A stretch of 64,000 nt of DNA from Candidatus Omnitrophota bacterium (lineage in GTDB: Bacteria > Omnitrophota > Gorgyraeia > Tantalellales > Tantalellaceae), in assembly GCA_049642065.1 (NCBI GenBank), contig JBAROK010000074.1, forward strand, positions 4,114 through 68,113, given 5' to 3'. Positions 14,866-24,491 of this stretch are shown piece by piece. Every line of letters starts with the position of its first letter. The first letter of the stretch is position 1. The notes under the pieces are model-generated. The model did no database searches. It saw only the letters and a list, made by a program, of their open reading frames with translations, and was not told the DNA's origin. The position numbers were made by a program, and so were the translations under genes.

Positions 14866-15435
14866 TTACAACAGTTCCAGGTTATACTGACGTAACCTGG
14901 CGTCTATAGCTTTAGCGTTACCGAAAATACCGTCAAGCTCTCTCCAGAACTCTTTCCGGTGATTCTTGATACGCGTATGCATAAGTTCATGCAGTATAAC
15001 ATAATCTGCTAGCTCTTCCGAAAGCGACATCAACTTCACGTTAAGCGATATATTATTGTTATGGGAACAACTACCCCATCTGGTCTTCTGGTTCCTGATG
15101 AAAAGTTTGCGATAGGTAAAACCATGTTCCGTTGCGAGCTGGTTGACTTTTCCCGTTAATTTAACCCGGGCTTCCGGCTCGTCAATATCTGCCGTACTCT
15201 GCGCAGCCAGATCATATTCTCTTTCCACCCGCCTAATCCTGGCAATATGTTTCTTTATCCAGTCCACCTTGGAGTGAACGATTTGTTCAGCTTCCTCGAA
15301 AGAGATCCCGTAAGGTATAGCTACTCTTACACCCTTGAAAGGTATCACGAAAATGTTCAGATATTTTGACCTCTTGCTGCGTTCAAGGATCACTGCTCCC
15401 ACGCCATCGATATTTATCGTTAAGGCTTTTGCCAT
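14866..15435 (-). CDS. DUF45/YgjP-like (SprT-like) metal-dependent hydrolase
   Basis: RWGSCS...ISLN...DYVILHELMH...NHRKEFW is the DUF45 HExxH signature. Confidence 0.7.
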   Translation of the reverse strand: MAKALTINIDGVGAVILERSKRSKYLNIFVIPFKGVRVAIPYGISFEEAEQIVHSKVDWIKKHIARIRRVEREYDLAAQSTADIDEPEARVKLTGKVNQLATEHGFTYRKLFIRNQKTRWGSCSHNNNISLNVKLMSLSEELADYVILHELMHTRIKNHRKEFWRELDGIFGNAKAIDARLRQYNLELL

Positions 15436-15440
15436 AGAAA

Positions 15441-16142
15441 CTATTCTGGATTATCTTTCTTTTCTTCTATTTCGTCCGTTTTGTGTGCTCTTACGGATTC
15501 TTTTATGCGCGCTATTTCCGTTTTGGCTATTTCCGGCACTTTGCACCTGTCGAATTCGTCCATATCCAGGAACATCTCTAACATAGCTTCTTTCCCGTTA
15601 TAGAACATCCCTGTATGGATTATCTGTACCTTTTTTCTGCCAAAAACGTTCTCCACGATAAGACACTCTGGTCTTCCGTATTTGATATCTTTATCAAGCG
15701 GACATCCGGGACACTTCTCTTGATTATCCTTTATCATTTCCCAGCATTTGCCGCCCAGGAACGGACGGCCCACCCATTCCTCTATCGTCTTATTCATAAA
15801 AAGTATATTTCCCTGGGTATCAACCACCTCGATACCGAAAGGGATCGTCGTCAATACCACGTTATCAAAATCAACGATATCACGCAGAGCTCTCTCGCTT
15901 GATTCTAAGGCCTCTTCCAGCCTCCTAAGTTTAGCTACGACTTTTGCAATAATTAGACCAAATACGGGAAAAACTATCATTATCACCACACGCAGATACG
16001 CATCATGCGGTGCTACCATCGTCACTACCGACTGCCAGAAAGTTCCTTGAAAAAAGAAAAGATAATCCACGACGGCATCCAGCACCCACATGGACAACCC
16101 GAGAATAACTGCTGCCAGTACTATTTTGTGTTCTACTTTCAT
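15441..16142 (-). CDS. Membrane-anchored PAS-like sensor domain protein
   Basis: Two N-terminal transmembrane segments, then a PAS-like segment (IVDFDNVVLTTIPFGIEVVDTQGNILFMNK) and a Cys-rich CPGCP stretch. Confidence 0.5.
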   Translation of the reverse strand: MKVEHKIVLAAVILGLSMWVLDAVVDYLFFFQGTFWQSVVTMVAPHDAYLRVVIMIVFPVFGLIIAKVVAKLRRLEEALESSERALRDIVDFDNVVLTTIPFGIEVVDTQGNILFMNKTIEEWVGRPFLGGKCWEMIKDNQEKCPGCPLDKDIKYGRPECLIVENVFGRKKVQIIHTGMFYNGKEAMLEMFLDMDEFDRCKVPEIAKTEIARIKESVRAHKTDEIEEKKDNPE

Positions 16143-16173
16143 TCGAATACCTTACAAAAATACTTCCCAGACC

Positions 16174-16368
16174 TTATTCCCAGTTATTTCTTTCTTTCGA
16201 GGCCTCCTGGATATCCCCTATCTTTGATTTTGTCTTCTTGTAGGATTCCAGTTGAGGTGCTCCTGCCATCTGCTCTATGATACCCGGCTCACTAGACCCG
16301 CTCTTACCGGATTCGCACCCAGACAAGATCACCAAAATGCAGGCTATACAAATAAGAAATAATCGCAT
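16174..16368 (-). CDS. Small lipoprotein (hypothetical)
   Basis: Lipobox LSGC after a hydrophobic signal. 64 aa. Confidence 0.4.
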   Translation of the reverse strand: MRLFLICIACILVILSGCESGKSGSSEPGIIEQMAGAPQLESYKKTKSKIGDIQEASKERNNWE

Positions 16369-16527
16369 ATTTTAATATACCTACTCCCGGCTTGGCTTGC
16401 AAGGAACTCTATACTAATTTTACTATATTATACCCCTTAACTTTGCCCTTGTCGATTATTGGCATCTCTGCTACCATAAAATATATTTATAAGAGAACAT
16501 TCACACCAAAAATAAAGGAGGCCTACC

Positions 16528-16890
16528 ATGATCGAAATACTTCCAAAAAGCCAGGGAAATATTATGGGCATTAAGGCGAGCGGGCGACTTACCGCCCAGG
16601 ATTATGAAGAAATACTTATCCCAAAAATCGAAGAAGTGCTTAAAAATAACGAGCGTGCACGTTTTCTGTATTATATTTCCGATGATCTTGAAGGTATCGA
16701 GCCGGGCGCTATGTGGGACGACGCAAAGTTCGCTAGCGGCCACAGGGATAGGTTCGACAAGATAGCTATAGTCACTGACTCAAAATGGATGCAGTGGTCC
16801 AGCAAACTTGTTTCTTACTTCCTGCAAGGCGAGGTAAAATCTTTCCCGGGCGATCAGCTGGATGAGGCCTGGATCTGGATAGAAGCATAA
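16528..16890 (+). CDS. STAS/SpoIIAA-like domain protein (DUF3478-like)
   Basis: The only convincing plus-strand gene. AAAGGAGG Shine-Dalgarno 6 nt upstream of the ATG. Sequence pattern matches SpoIIAA-like small proteins. Confidence 0.6.
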   Translation: MIEILPKSQGNIMGIKASGRLTAQDYEEILIPKIEEVLKNNERARFLYYISDDLEGIEPGAMWDDAKFASGHRDRFDKIAIVTDSKWMQWSSKLVSYFLQGEVKSFPGDQLDEAWIWIEA

Positions 16891-16894
16891 GCTT

Positions 16895-17290
16895 CTATTT
16901 TCCATACAGGCTCAATACAATATCCGCCGCTATTGCCAGCACGGATAATATGGATATGAATAGGTAATTGAAGATCTCGCGTGACTTTACCAGAGATGAA
17001 AGAGAATATACCGCAGCTTCTCTTTCTTCATCAGTAAGGTCTTCCCTCTTTTCTATCTTCTCGATAAGGTTATATTCTATTATCACGGCTCTTCTTTTGC
17101 GCGAAATAGAATATCTGTAGATAAAAAAGAAGATATACCCGACAACGGCGAAATACCATATCGGCCGGACCAGTACGGGATTCACGTGCTCAAAAACGAT
17201 TATAGACCTGAAAGCGAAAGCGGACACAAGACCCAACGCAAAGAACAGGTTAATAATCCACGGAGGGAAAACGTGAGGTATATGCTTCAT
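16895..17290 (-). CDS. Membrane protein (hypothetical)
   Basis: 131-aa ORF with 3-4 hydrophobic helices. Confidence 0.45.
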   Translation of the reverse strand: MKHIPHVFPPWIINLFFALGLVSAFAFRSIIVFEHVNPVLVRPIWYFAVVGYIFFFIYRYSISRKRRAVIIEYNLIEKIEKREDLTDEEREAAVYSLSSLVKSREIFNYLFISILSVLAIAADIVLSLYGK

Positions 17291-17305
17291 CCTTTTCTTT
17301 CTCTA

Positions 17306-18337
17306 TTACACCCTACTCCAGTACAGGAGCTCCGGAGCACAACCAAGCCCTCGCATCTTAAATTTGCTTCCCCTACGTAACAGGATAGTATAGTCCCTGT
17401 TTCCTCGGTCTCTTTTACCCCGGCGGATGATCTTACGTGCCGCATGAACTATTGAATACGCGGTAAACTTCACGATATGGTCGGGAACACCATCCTTACT
17501 TTCAGATTTCGCTTCCATATCGCACTGGTCATTCACGTAATCTATCGTGATAAAACGCTGTTTCCCAAGCTTTCTATCTATAGCAATTTCGGAGGAAAAC
17601 CACGACATTTTAGTTATATTCGCGATCCTCGCAATGATCTTAACAAGTGGTGACAAACGGTGTTTCTTGAATTCTTCGACCGTCATATGTTCATACCAGG
17701 AATTTTTGTCATTCCACCAGCACGGTATCACTTTATCAAACACATGAAACACTCTGAACCAAGCGCGTTTATTGCCGAGATCTATTGGATAGATCTTTTC
17801 CTGCAGCAGAAAATTGTCATAAGGATCGAAATTGCGCGCCTTTGCGATCTCCCTAACCCCTCCTATGGCATCATATACAACCCCACGATGCCCCCATCCA
17901 CACGCGGGCTTAATAATGAACGGTGCACCTAGTTCTTCGCGCTCTTTCTCCGTGAGACGGAAGGTCTTAGGCTCCCAGTTCCTGACAACCACCGTATAAG
18001 GCGTGGCAATACCGGAATCAAGAAGTTCGTAATGAACGGATGATTTATCCACGGCTATCCGCGTCCTGTCCGGGTCATTAATTACTACGCCTCCGGAATC
18101 CTTGACGGCGTAACAAAGCCGAGCATAAGGCTCCCCGGGAACATCGTATGTAGCTTCAGTATCAAGCAACGTTCTTATATGCAGCTGGCCCGTCTCGAGC
18201 TTCTTTGTGATATCTTTTACGTTATCTTCGGTGACCCGCAGAAAGGAAAGCCCTTTCTCTTTACAGTCATAAACAAGAGTGTCCGTAAAGAGACATTCAT
18301 TCTTATCCCATGTAAGTCCAAAATCGTATTCTTTCAT
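17306..18337 (-). CDS. ATP-grasp family protein
   Basis: PFIIKPACGWGHRGVVYD resembles the ATP-grasp nucleotide-binding segment. About 340 aa. Confidence 0.5.
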   Translation of the reverse strand: MKEYDFGLTWDKNECLFTDTLVYDCKEKGLSFLRVTEDNVKDITKKLETGQLHIRTLLDTEATYDVPGEPYARLCYAVKDSGGVVINDPDRTRIAVDKSSVHYELLDSGIATPYTVVVRNWEPKTFRLTEKEREELGAPFIIKPACGWGHRGVVYDAIGGVREIAKARNFDPYDNFLLQEKIYPIDLGNKRAWFRVFHVFDKVIPCWWNDKNSWYEHMTVEEFKKHRLSPLVKIIARIANITKMSWFSSEIAIDRKLGKQRFITIDYVNDQCDMEAKSESKDGVPDHIVKFTAYSIVHAARKIIRRGKRDRGNRDYTILLRRGSKFKMRGLGCAPELLYWSRV

Positions 18338-18424
18338 AATAGATCACTGCTTAAAATTCGATCTGACATAAAACAGGGAGCCGCCTATAGCAACCCCCTG
18401 TTTTATATGCATCATATGGACTCA

Positions 18425-18670
18425 TTAAATTCCTAGTGCACATTTACCTTTTCTTCTTTTGTCCAGTTCCGCTTTGTCGTCGCGCAGAGAAAGCTCTTTC
18501 GCGAGCGGCCTTGAATCGCCCCACTTGGCGATATGGTCAGAGGCTGCCTGAAAACTGCTACCATCGCCCTCTTTGCTTAACGGCTTGCCTTTCGCAGCTT
18601 CTGCGGCGAATGCCGAAACCGCACTCAGAGCAAACACCATGATAAGTGCAAATACTATTACTTTTTTCAT
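18425..18670 (-). CDS. Small secreted protein (hypothetical)
   Basis: Signal peptide MKKVIVFALIMVFALSAVSAFAAEA. Confidence 0.4.
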   Translation of the reverse strand: MKKVIVFALIMVFALSAVSAFAAEAAKGKPLSKEGDGSSFQAASDHIAKWGDSRPLAKELSLRDDKAELDKRRKGKCALGI

Positions 18671-18740
18671 TACTCCCTCCTTATATTTAACCTGATTAAT
18701 ATATTATAATACCGAAAATATTGCAAATTAAATGATTATA

Positions 18741-19385
18741 TTACTTTTTCTTCTCCTGAGCGCTATATATCTCTCTCAAAAAATCTCTGGCCGCGGCGGT
18801 TCTCGGATCGTCCTCCCCAAAATGAACTCTGCATATCATAAGGTATACCGTCGCCTCCCCCGCTGCCGCGTCATATTTACCCTGATCATAATTCGCTTGC
18901 GCCAGATAAAGGTACACATAGGCGAGCCGATAATCCCCTTCACCAAGAATAGGCTCCCCTATCTTCAGCGACCAGTAAAGAGCCTTTTCCGCTTTAGCGG
19001 GATCCCTGGCTTCCATATAAAGGATGCCCAAGAACATGAACCTTTCAGAAACTCTGAGATGATCGGGCTCGTATAACTCTATAGTCAGCCTCAGGGATTC
19101 CTTGAACAATTTTTCGGCTGTTTCGTAATTCCCGACTCTCATGAGAGCCGGGACGGTAGCATCTATCTCTTGGATTCTTTCCTTTTTTTCCCGCAAGAGC
19201 CTTTTCCCGGACCGTGTCTTCCTTTTACTCTCAGATGGCCTCTGTTTTAAAGACTCTTTTATGAACTCGTCCCACTCACCCGCAAAAACGGAGGAGGACA
19301 TAAGCGCAAGCACTACTGCTGAAGCTACTAGCACCTTTTTCAACATCAATAGGGAATACCTTGTTTCGTTTTTTTGATAAGCCAC
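18741..19385 (-). CDS. Secreted TPR-repeat protein
   Basis: Signal peptide. Repeated AxxxYxxA/Y-rich TPR-like helices (AEKLFKESLRL..., YLAQANYDQGKYDAAAGEA). Confidence 0.5.
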   Translation of the reverse strand: MAYQKNETRYSLLMLKKVLVASAVVLALMSSSVFAGEWDEFIKESLKQRPSESKRKTRSGKRLLREKKERIQEIDATVPALMRVGNYETAEKLFKESLRLTIELYEPDHLRVSERFMFLGILYMEARDPAKAEKALYWSLKIGEPILGEGDYRLAYVYLYLAQANYDQGKYDAAAGEATVYLMICRVHFGEDDPRTAAARDFLREIYSAQEKKK

Positions 19386-19573
19386 ATAATGAGCCTGCCC
19401 AACCAGTATGCCGCGTATAATGCAACTGTCAGGAAATCTACCGTCTTATGGAAAGAATAGGTGGGCCGGACATGTACTGTTACCACTATGTTAAGAATAA
19501 ACCACATCAGAAAAAATGATACGATGATATAACCTTCTCTATAAACGACCTTCTTAAAAACATTAAAATCCAT
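19346..19573 (-). CDS. Small membrane protein (hypothetical)
   Basis: 75 aa, two hydrophobic helices. Weak. Confidence 0.3.
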   Translation of the reverse strand: MDFNVFKKVVYREGYIIVSFFLMWFILNIVVTVHVRPTYSFHKTVDFLTVALYAAYWLGRLIMWLIKKTKQGIPY

Positions 19574-19608
19574 AACCGGCTCCCTCCATTACACTTAAAT
19601 GGTTTTCC

Positions 19609-19905
19609 CTAATTTTCTTCGCCTGAAACCCCAAAAAATTCACTCTTCGATTCTTCCAACTCGTTCTCGTACCCGGGTTTCTGATCATCTATATACAATT
19701 GATTGTCTTGCTGATCCTCTTTCGGCTGTGGCGCCACTCCCGGCTGCTTCGCCCCGTGGGCTTCTCCGGTCGGCTCGGCGGGGTTTCCTGGTTCAGAAGG
19801 CACTCCCGCTCCCCCTCTTGCAGCTAACTCTGTAGAAGAAACCAGGAGAACTATAATACACGGCAAAACCACCCTTCCAGCTCTTATCAACGATAAATAT
19901 TTCAT
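19609..19905 (-). CDS. Secreted hypothetical protein
   Basis: Signal peptide. Pro/Gly/Glu-rich low-complexity region. Weak. Confidence 0.35.
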   Translation of the reverse strand: MKYLSLIRAGRVVLPCIIVLLVSSTELAARGGAGVPSEPGNPAEPTGEAHGAKQPGVAPQPKEDQQDNQLYIDDQKPGYENELEESKSEFFGVSGEEN

Positions 19906-19926
19906 ACCTTGCCCCTTCCAACTGCC

Positions 19927-20256
19927 TTAATCAGGCGTGCCCTTGATATAACCAACCACCTTAACACATATAAACCGGATCACTGGAACGATCTTGATCG
20001 GCACTATAACCATAAAAACCCACGCGATCAAGGTCTCAACGGTTATCATAAACATCGTAATGCCTACCCTGCCTCCAACATAGATCTCGTACGAAGACCG
20101 GCACAAATTCAGGTAATATAGAAAATGACTTACAGCACCGACGGTACAGACCAGCACCCATAACAGCACTACGATCTCGTAAACTTTATCGGTAAGAGTT
20201 TGGGCCTTGAATTCTCTGATCCGGGATTTAATCATTCCTGTTATACTCACCTGCAC
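19927..20256 (-). CDS. Membrane protein (hypothetical)
   Basis: 109 aa, three hydrophobic helices. Confidence 0.4.
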   Translation of the reverse strand: MQVSITGMIKSRIREFKAQTLTDKVYEIVVLLWVLVCTVGAVSHFLYYLNLCRSSYEIYVGGRVGITMFMITVETLIAWVFMVIVPIKIVPVIRFICVKVVGYIKGTPD

Positions 20257-20270
20257 ACCTCTTCTTTATA

Positions 20271-20726
20271 TTACAGTTGGGAAGACCGTCCACTTTCAGC
20301 ACCATATATATACCGCAACCTTTGTTCTTCTTGATTAAATTCAAACCTTGCCTTAGCTATCTGGAAATTGATCAGAGGGTTCTCCCTATCCATGCTTTTA
20401 TAATGGATAAAATAATACTCTATACGAGACAAAAGCCTGTTTAGCAGCATATGCAACTGTTCGCCTTCCTGCGGGACCGGTTCCACCAGCTTATTGTATT
20501 CGTGCCTCAAAAGACCCACTTTTTCAAGCGCCTTATCAGGATCTACATACCCTTCGCTGAATTTCTGAAACAAGTCATCCAGATATTCGTTCACATCTCT
20601 TGCAACATGCAACTGATACCTTATAGACTCGACATCTGGCTCGTACACATCGCTCTGACTCCACCCTACAGTACAGCCTACGGAACAAATTACGGCTATT
20701 ATAATGATACTAGTTATTAATTTCAT
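20271..20726 (-). CDS. Lipoprotein (hypothetical)
   Basis: Signal peptide with a VGC lipobox-like site. Confidence 0.45.
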   Translation of the reverse strand: MKLITSIIIIAVICSVGCTVGWSQSDVYEPDVESIRYQLHVARDVNEYLDDLFQKFSEGYVDPDKALEKVGLLRHEYNKLVEPVPQEGEQLHMLLNRLLSRIEYYFIHYKSMDRENPLINFQIAKARFEFNQEEQRLRYIYGAESGRSSQL

Positions 20727-20868
20727 ACTATGATTTTACTCCGATGCGTCACACTTTACAAGGGGTTAAAGGAAATTTAGTTATAAAAGTGAGGTGGGGT
20801 AGACTCCATCGTCCCGCCTGGCATGACCAAAACGCGTTATAGTTTGTTCGTGAAAGGCTCTCGCAATC

Positions 20869-21228
20869 TTACAGGTTGTCCTCCACACACTGGATAAGCT
20901 TCTTCACTTGCAAGGGCTTGGACAGGAGTATACAGCTTGGTTTCGTATCATCCGAAACGAAGTCAAATAGACCCGACACAAAAACGATAGGCACATCTTT
21001 TATTGTGCCGTCATCCCTTATCATCTCAGCAATATGAGGACCATCCATATACGGCAAAAGCACATCCAAAAGGATCAGGTCCGGCTGGGTTCTCTTGACG
21101 GCAATAAGAGCCATTTTCGCGTCGTTCTCGACATCGACTTCGTACTCCCCTGTTTCTTCGAGGATCTCTTTCACCATGTCTGTAAAACCCTTTTCGTCAT
21201 CGACGACAAGAATTTTTTTCTTTTCCAT
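20869..21228 (-). CDS. Single-domain response regulator receiver (CheY-like)
   Basis: KILVVDDE...DLILLDVLLPYMDG...K motif set. GGGGAGGTG Shine-Dalgarno 5 nt upstream of ATG at 21228. The track's longer start at 21243 overlaps the Shine-Dalgarno, so it was rejected. Confidence 0.75.
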   Translation of the reverse strand: MEKKKILVVDDEKGFTDMVKEILEETGEYEVDVENDAKMALIAVKRTQPDLILLDVLLPYMDGPHIAEMIRDDGTIKDVPIVFVSGLFDFVSDDTKPSCILLSKPLQVKKLIQCVEDNL

Positions 21229-21376
21229 GGCGCACCTCCCCATAAATTGCCCCCTTTCTATTCTCTTAAATTATACATAAGCAGTGTTAATTTAAGGTTA
21301 AAATTTTCATAATAAGCAAATAATATTATTGTTTAAATAAAAAAGAGTCAGAAATGGTGTTTTTTGAATGTAGAGA

Positions 21377-21409
21377 TAAAAAAGCCACCGATTGAAGGTG
21401 GCTTTTTTA
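21377..21409. terminator. Palindromic bidirectional intrinsic terminator (A-run, GCCACC stem, T-run)
   Basis: AAAAAAGCCACCGATTGAAGGTGGCTTTTTT. Immediately downstream of the tRNA-Tyr 3' end on the minus strand. Confidence 0.7.
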
Positions 21410-21415
21410 TTAAAC

Positions 21416-21500
21416 TGGTGGGGAGAGAAGGATTTGAACCTTCGTAGGCTAAGCCGACAGATTTACAGTCTGCTCCGATTGACCACTCCGGCATCTCCCC
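21416..21500 (-). tRNA. tRNA-Tyr (anticodon GTA)
   Basis: Reverse complement GGGGAGATGCCGGAGTGGTCAATCGGAGCAGACTGTAAATCTGTCGGCTTAGCCTACGAAGGTTCAAATCCTTCTCTCCCCACCA. Long variable arm typical of bacterial tRNA-Tyr. CCA encoded. Confidence 0.9.
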
Positions 21501-21566
21501 CATTAAATTCGTAGGCGTATTCTATATTATTATCGTTTATTTGTAAAGAGCTTTGTCTTTAAATAA

Positions 21567-21641
21567 TGGAGCCGGCGGAGGGATTCGAACCCCCGACCAG
21601 AGGTTTACAAAACCCCTGCTCTACCCCTGAGCTACGCCGGC
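21567..21641 (-). tRNA. tRNA-Thr (anticodon TGT)
   Basis: Reverse complement GCCGGCGTAGCTCAGGGGTAGAGCAGGGGTTTTGTAAACCTCTGGTCGGGGGTTCGAATCCCTCCGCCGGCTCCA. Anticodon loop TTTGTAA. Confidence 0.9.
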
Positions 21642-21704
21642 CCAACTGAAAAATTGCGTTAACAATGTGATAAGTATATCACAATACGCTATTTATTCAA
21701 TACC

Positions 21705-22460
21705 CTAATTTTCGGTAGTTACTTCCACTTTCACGGAATGTATGTCTCCTTCTAGCCCTTCATATCTGAGCCATTCGAAGTCCGGACGGGCGGAATGCCA
21801 AGCATAGGCCCTGGGGAAAAAGACCTTCACTACATCAAGCAGCCCAAGCCTGGGATCGAGCTGGAGTTTATATGCGCGTCTTTTGTGGCCGTTGATTTCC
21901 ACATCCTCTGTCTTGACCACACTGAGATACATATTGTAGAGTCCCGGTTCCTCGCTCACCATCTGTATCTTTGCTATTCTCATCCCTTTCTCTAGCATCT
22001 TCTGGACGTAAAGCCCCAGAAGAAGCCTGTTCACGGCATCCTTCGTGAACTTGAACTTTTTCGTACGGGAAATCTTCTTAGGAATGTCCTCGTGAAGGCA
22101 GGTGACACTCTTTTTAACGGGGTCGTAATCCTGCTTTTCGAGCCTGATCATTTTACCGTCTTCGTCGAACACGCGTTTTACAAGTTTGAGCGGCATGACG
22201 TTCTCTTCCGTACTTTTGAATTCCATCTCCGCCACCCAGGATATAGGCCCTTCGAAACTGGAATACACGCCTTCACCCTTCTCCGTCAGTATATATACAT
22301 CGCCCTCTTTCTTCCTTATCTCGGTCTCGGCTTCCCACCGCTTGCCGCCTTCCATATCGCGGCCTACATACTCCGTCCGGTGAACGTCTTCGGAAGCAAG
22401 GGCCGGGCAGCTACCGGCAAGGATAAGAATACAGAGTAATGATGTAAGTTTTTTCTTCAT
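21705..22460 (-). CDS. Secreted hypothetical protein
   Basis: Signal peptide MKKKLTSLLCILILAGSCPALA. 251 aa. No recognised motif. Confidence 0.5.
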   Translation of the reverse strand: MKKKLTSLLCILILAGSCPALASEDVHRTEYVGRDMEGGKRWEAETEIRKKEGDVYILTEKGEGVYSSFEGPISWVAEMEFKSTEENVMPLKLVKRVFDEDGKMIRLEKQDYDPVKKSVTCLHEDIPKKISRTKKFKFTKDAVNRLLLGLYVQKMLEKGMRIAKIQMVSEEPGLYNMYLSVVKTEDVEINGHKRRAYKLQLDPRLGLLDVVKVFFPRAYAWHSARPDFEWLRYEGLEGDIHSVKVEVTTEN

Positions 22461-22517
22461 TATACAGCTATTTTAACATGCCGGATGGGCACAATAAAGA
22501 TTATTCGACGAGCATGT

Positions 22518-22928
22518 TCACCTAAAAAGAAAATATTTCCTTGCTAAGAAATTCCAGATAACAACAATCATCGTGGCGACCAATTTCGAGAACAGATAGT
22601 GAAAATTCACATTTTCAGTAAAAACCCAGATAATATACTGGTTCAGGATAAGTCCCACAACTCCGATTACAATAAAAATCGAGATCTCAAAGTATCTGTT
22701 TTTGAATGTACGCTTGTCAAAGACCCATCTAACATTCAAGATATAGGCTGTTACTGCTCCCAGTAAAAATGCCACTAAAGCCGCTGTTAAATAGTATATT
22801 TTGAATATTTCTACGAATACAATCAGCGAGCAATAATCTACTCCACACGCAAGAGTGCCCGACAAGACATAGCGGAATGCCTGTATAAAAATATTGTCTG
22901 TTGACTGTCTGAAAAGCTTCTCTACCAT
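22518..22928 (-). CDS. GtrA-family membrane protein
   Basis: About 135 aa, four transmembrane segments. FRYVLSGTLACGVDYCSLIVF...NFLARKYFLF matches the GtrA-like pattern. Confidence 0.6.
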   Translation of the reverse strand: MVEKLFRQSTDNIFIQAFRYVLSGTLACGVDYCSLIVFVEIFKIYYLTAALVAFLLGAVTAYILNVRWVFDKRTFKNRYFEISIFIVIGVVGLILNQYIIWVFTENVNFHYLFSKLVATMIVVIWNFLARKYFLFR

Positions 22929-22937
22929 ACTTGACTA

Positions 22938-23708
22938 TTATCTTTTTACTGATTCCGGAGTGGTCTCTTCTTTGTTTTCTAAGGCTATCAGCAAAGCCTC
23001 TCTTACCCTGTTCGCTGCCGCTGAAGAGAATTCTTTATTCCCCAAAGGATAAAGATCATCAAAACTAACTGGTGGAAGGATTGTTATTTTTGCCTTGCCG
23101 GGATTAATACTTTTACTGCCCTTTCTTTGTATATTCGTACTGCCATCAATAGATATGGGGATGACTCTAACCTTTGTCTCCTGGAGAATAGAAAAACTTG
23201 AAGGTTTAAATTTCCCAAGCTTATCATTGAATGAACGCGTTCCTTCAGGGAAGATAACAATTGAATTACCTGACCTTATAAGAGTTATTATCGTTTGATA
23301 AGTTTTAAAAGATTTCCGGATATTACTGCGTTCTATAGGTATATATTCCTGAAGTTTCATATACGCACCAAAAACAGGCGTATCAAAAAGCTCTTGTTTA
23401 GCCAAGAATAAATACTGCCCCGGAACAACTCTAAAAATAATAGGCCAGTCCAGATCGCTCTGGTGGTTCGGCATATATACGACAGTTTCATCTTTGGGCA
23501 GATTCTCCTGCCCCTTAACTTCTAAGCGTATCCCGCCTATTTTTATAAGCGTCCATGCCCAGAACTGCTCACTTTTACGGTACATCTCCCTATTCCCAGG
23601 CCAAATAACCGCATCAAAGAATAGCCCCAAAGCCAGAATAACTAGCCAGGCTATCCACCAAATTATTGAATGTATAAACTTGAATATATTTTTAAATATT
23701 TTTGCCAT
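22938..23708 (-). CDS. Lysophospholipid acyltransferase (PlsC-like, 1-acyl-sn-glycerol-3-phosphate acyltransferase family)
   Basis: HxxxxD motif PNHQSDLD and FPEGTRS motif. N-terminal transmembrane helix. Confidence 0.75.
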   Translation of the reverse strand: MAKIFKNIFKFIHSIIWWIAWLVILALGLFFDAVIWPGNREMYRKSEQFWAWTLIKIGGIRLEVKGQENLPKDETVVYMPNHQSDLDWPIIFRVVPGQYLFLAKQELFDTPVFGAYMKLQEYIPIERSNIRKSFKTYQTIITLIRSGNSIVIFPEGTRSFNDKLGKFKPSSFSILQETKVRVIPISIDGSTNIQRKGSKSINPGKAKITILPPVSFDDLYPLGNKEFSSAAANRVREALLIALENKEETTPESVKR

Positions 23709-23711
23709 GAA

Positions 23712-24491
23712 CTATTGTTCCTTTAATCTTACAACAGCCTCTCTAAGCTTAGCAGCCAGCTCCAAAGAAGATTGTTTATTTGTATGATCGTAATATTCAT
23801 CAAAAATAACGGGCTTACCAATATTCACCATAACTTCCCCAGGGTGCAGTTTCCATGCCCCTTTTGGCAAAACCCCAAAAGTTCCGTCAATCGATATGGG
23901 GACAACCGGCTTTCTGCTATGCTGAATAATGATAGATGTTCCCCTGCCGAACTCGCCTATATTACCGTCCTTGGTCAGCTTACCTTCCGGAAAAATCACA
24001 AAAGATCTGTTTTTCTTAAGTAAATCTATTATTACATGAATCGTTTTTACGGACTTTTTCCTGTCTTTTCTGTCCAAAGAAAGAAACCCACACCTTGTAA
24101 TGTGATCCCCGATTAAAGGCACCTTAAAAAGTTTCCTCATTATAATAAATTTAAACGGAGGTGGCAAATATTTAAGCAAAATAAATATATCAAGATAACT
24201 TTGATGGTTCGGCGTGAAAATAACATTCGTATCTTTGGGAATATTTTCTAGACCTGTGACTTTTACTTTAATAAGCACACTTTTAAGTATAAGGTTGCCC
24301 CATAATCGCGCCCCTTTCTGATAAAACAATTTCTTTTTATATGTACTCTTTATAAATAGGGCTATTAAATACGAGAGTTTGTTTATAACAATGCAGTAAA
24401 AGAACACTAAGAACCAGAATATTGCGCTATGAATAGTTCTTAACATCCCAGTCAATTCACTTCCTCTCTCTTTTTTATACCCATCCAGCAT
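23712..24491 (-). CDS. Second PlsC-like acyltransferase
   Basis: TPNHQSYLD and FPEGKLTKDG motifs. Confidence 0.7.
   Translation of the reverse strand: MLDGYKKERGSELTGMLRTIHSAIFWFLVFFYCIVINKLSYLIALFIKSTYKKKLFYQKGARLWGNLILKSVLIKVKVTGLENIPKDTNVIFTPNHQSYLDIFILLKYLPPPFKFIIMRKLFKVPLIGDHITRCGFLSLDRKDRKKSVKTIHVIIDLLKKNRSFVIFPEGKLTKDGNIGEFGRGTSIIIQHSRKPVVPISIDGTFGVLPKGAWKLHPGEVMVNIGKPVIFDEYYDHTNKQSSLELAAKLREAVVRLKEQ

Noticed and set aside
20869-21243. Longer track start (MGRCAMEKK...) for the response regulator
   Set aside because: That ATG overlaps the GGGGAGGTG Shine-Dalgarno. The downstream ATG at 21228 has correct Shine-Dalgarno spacing and gives the canonical receiver N-terminus MEKKKILVVDDE.
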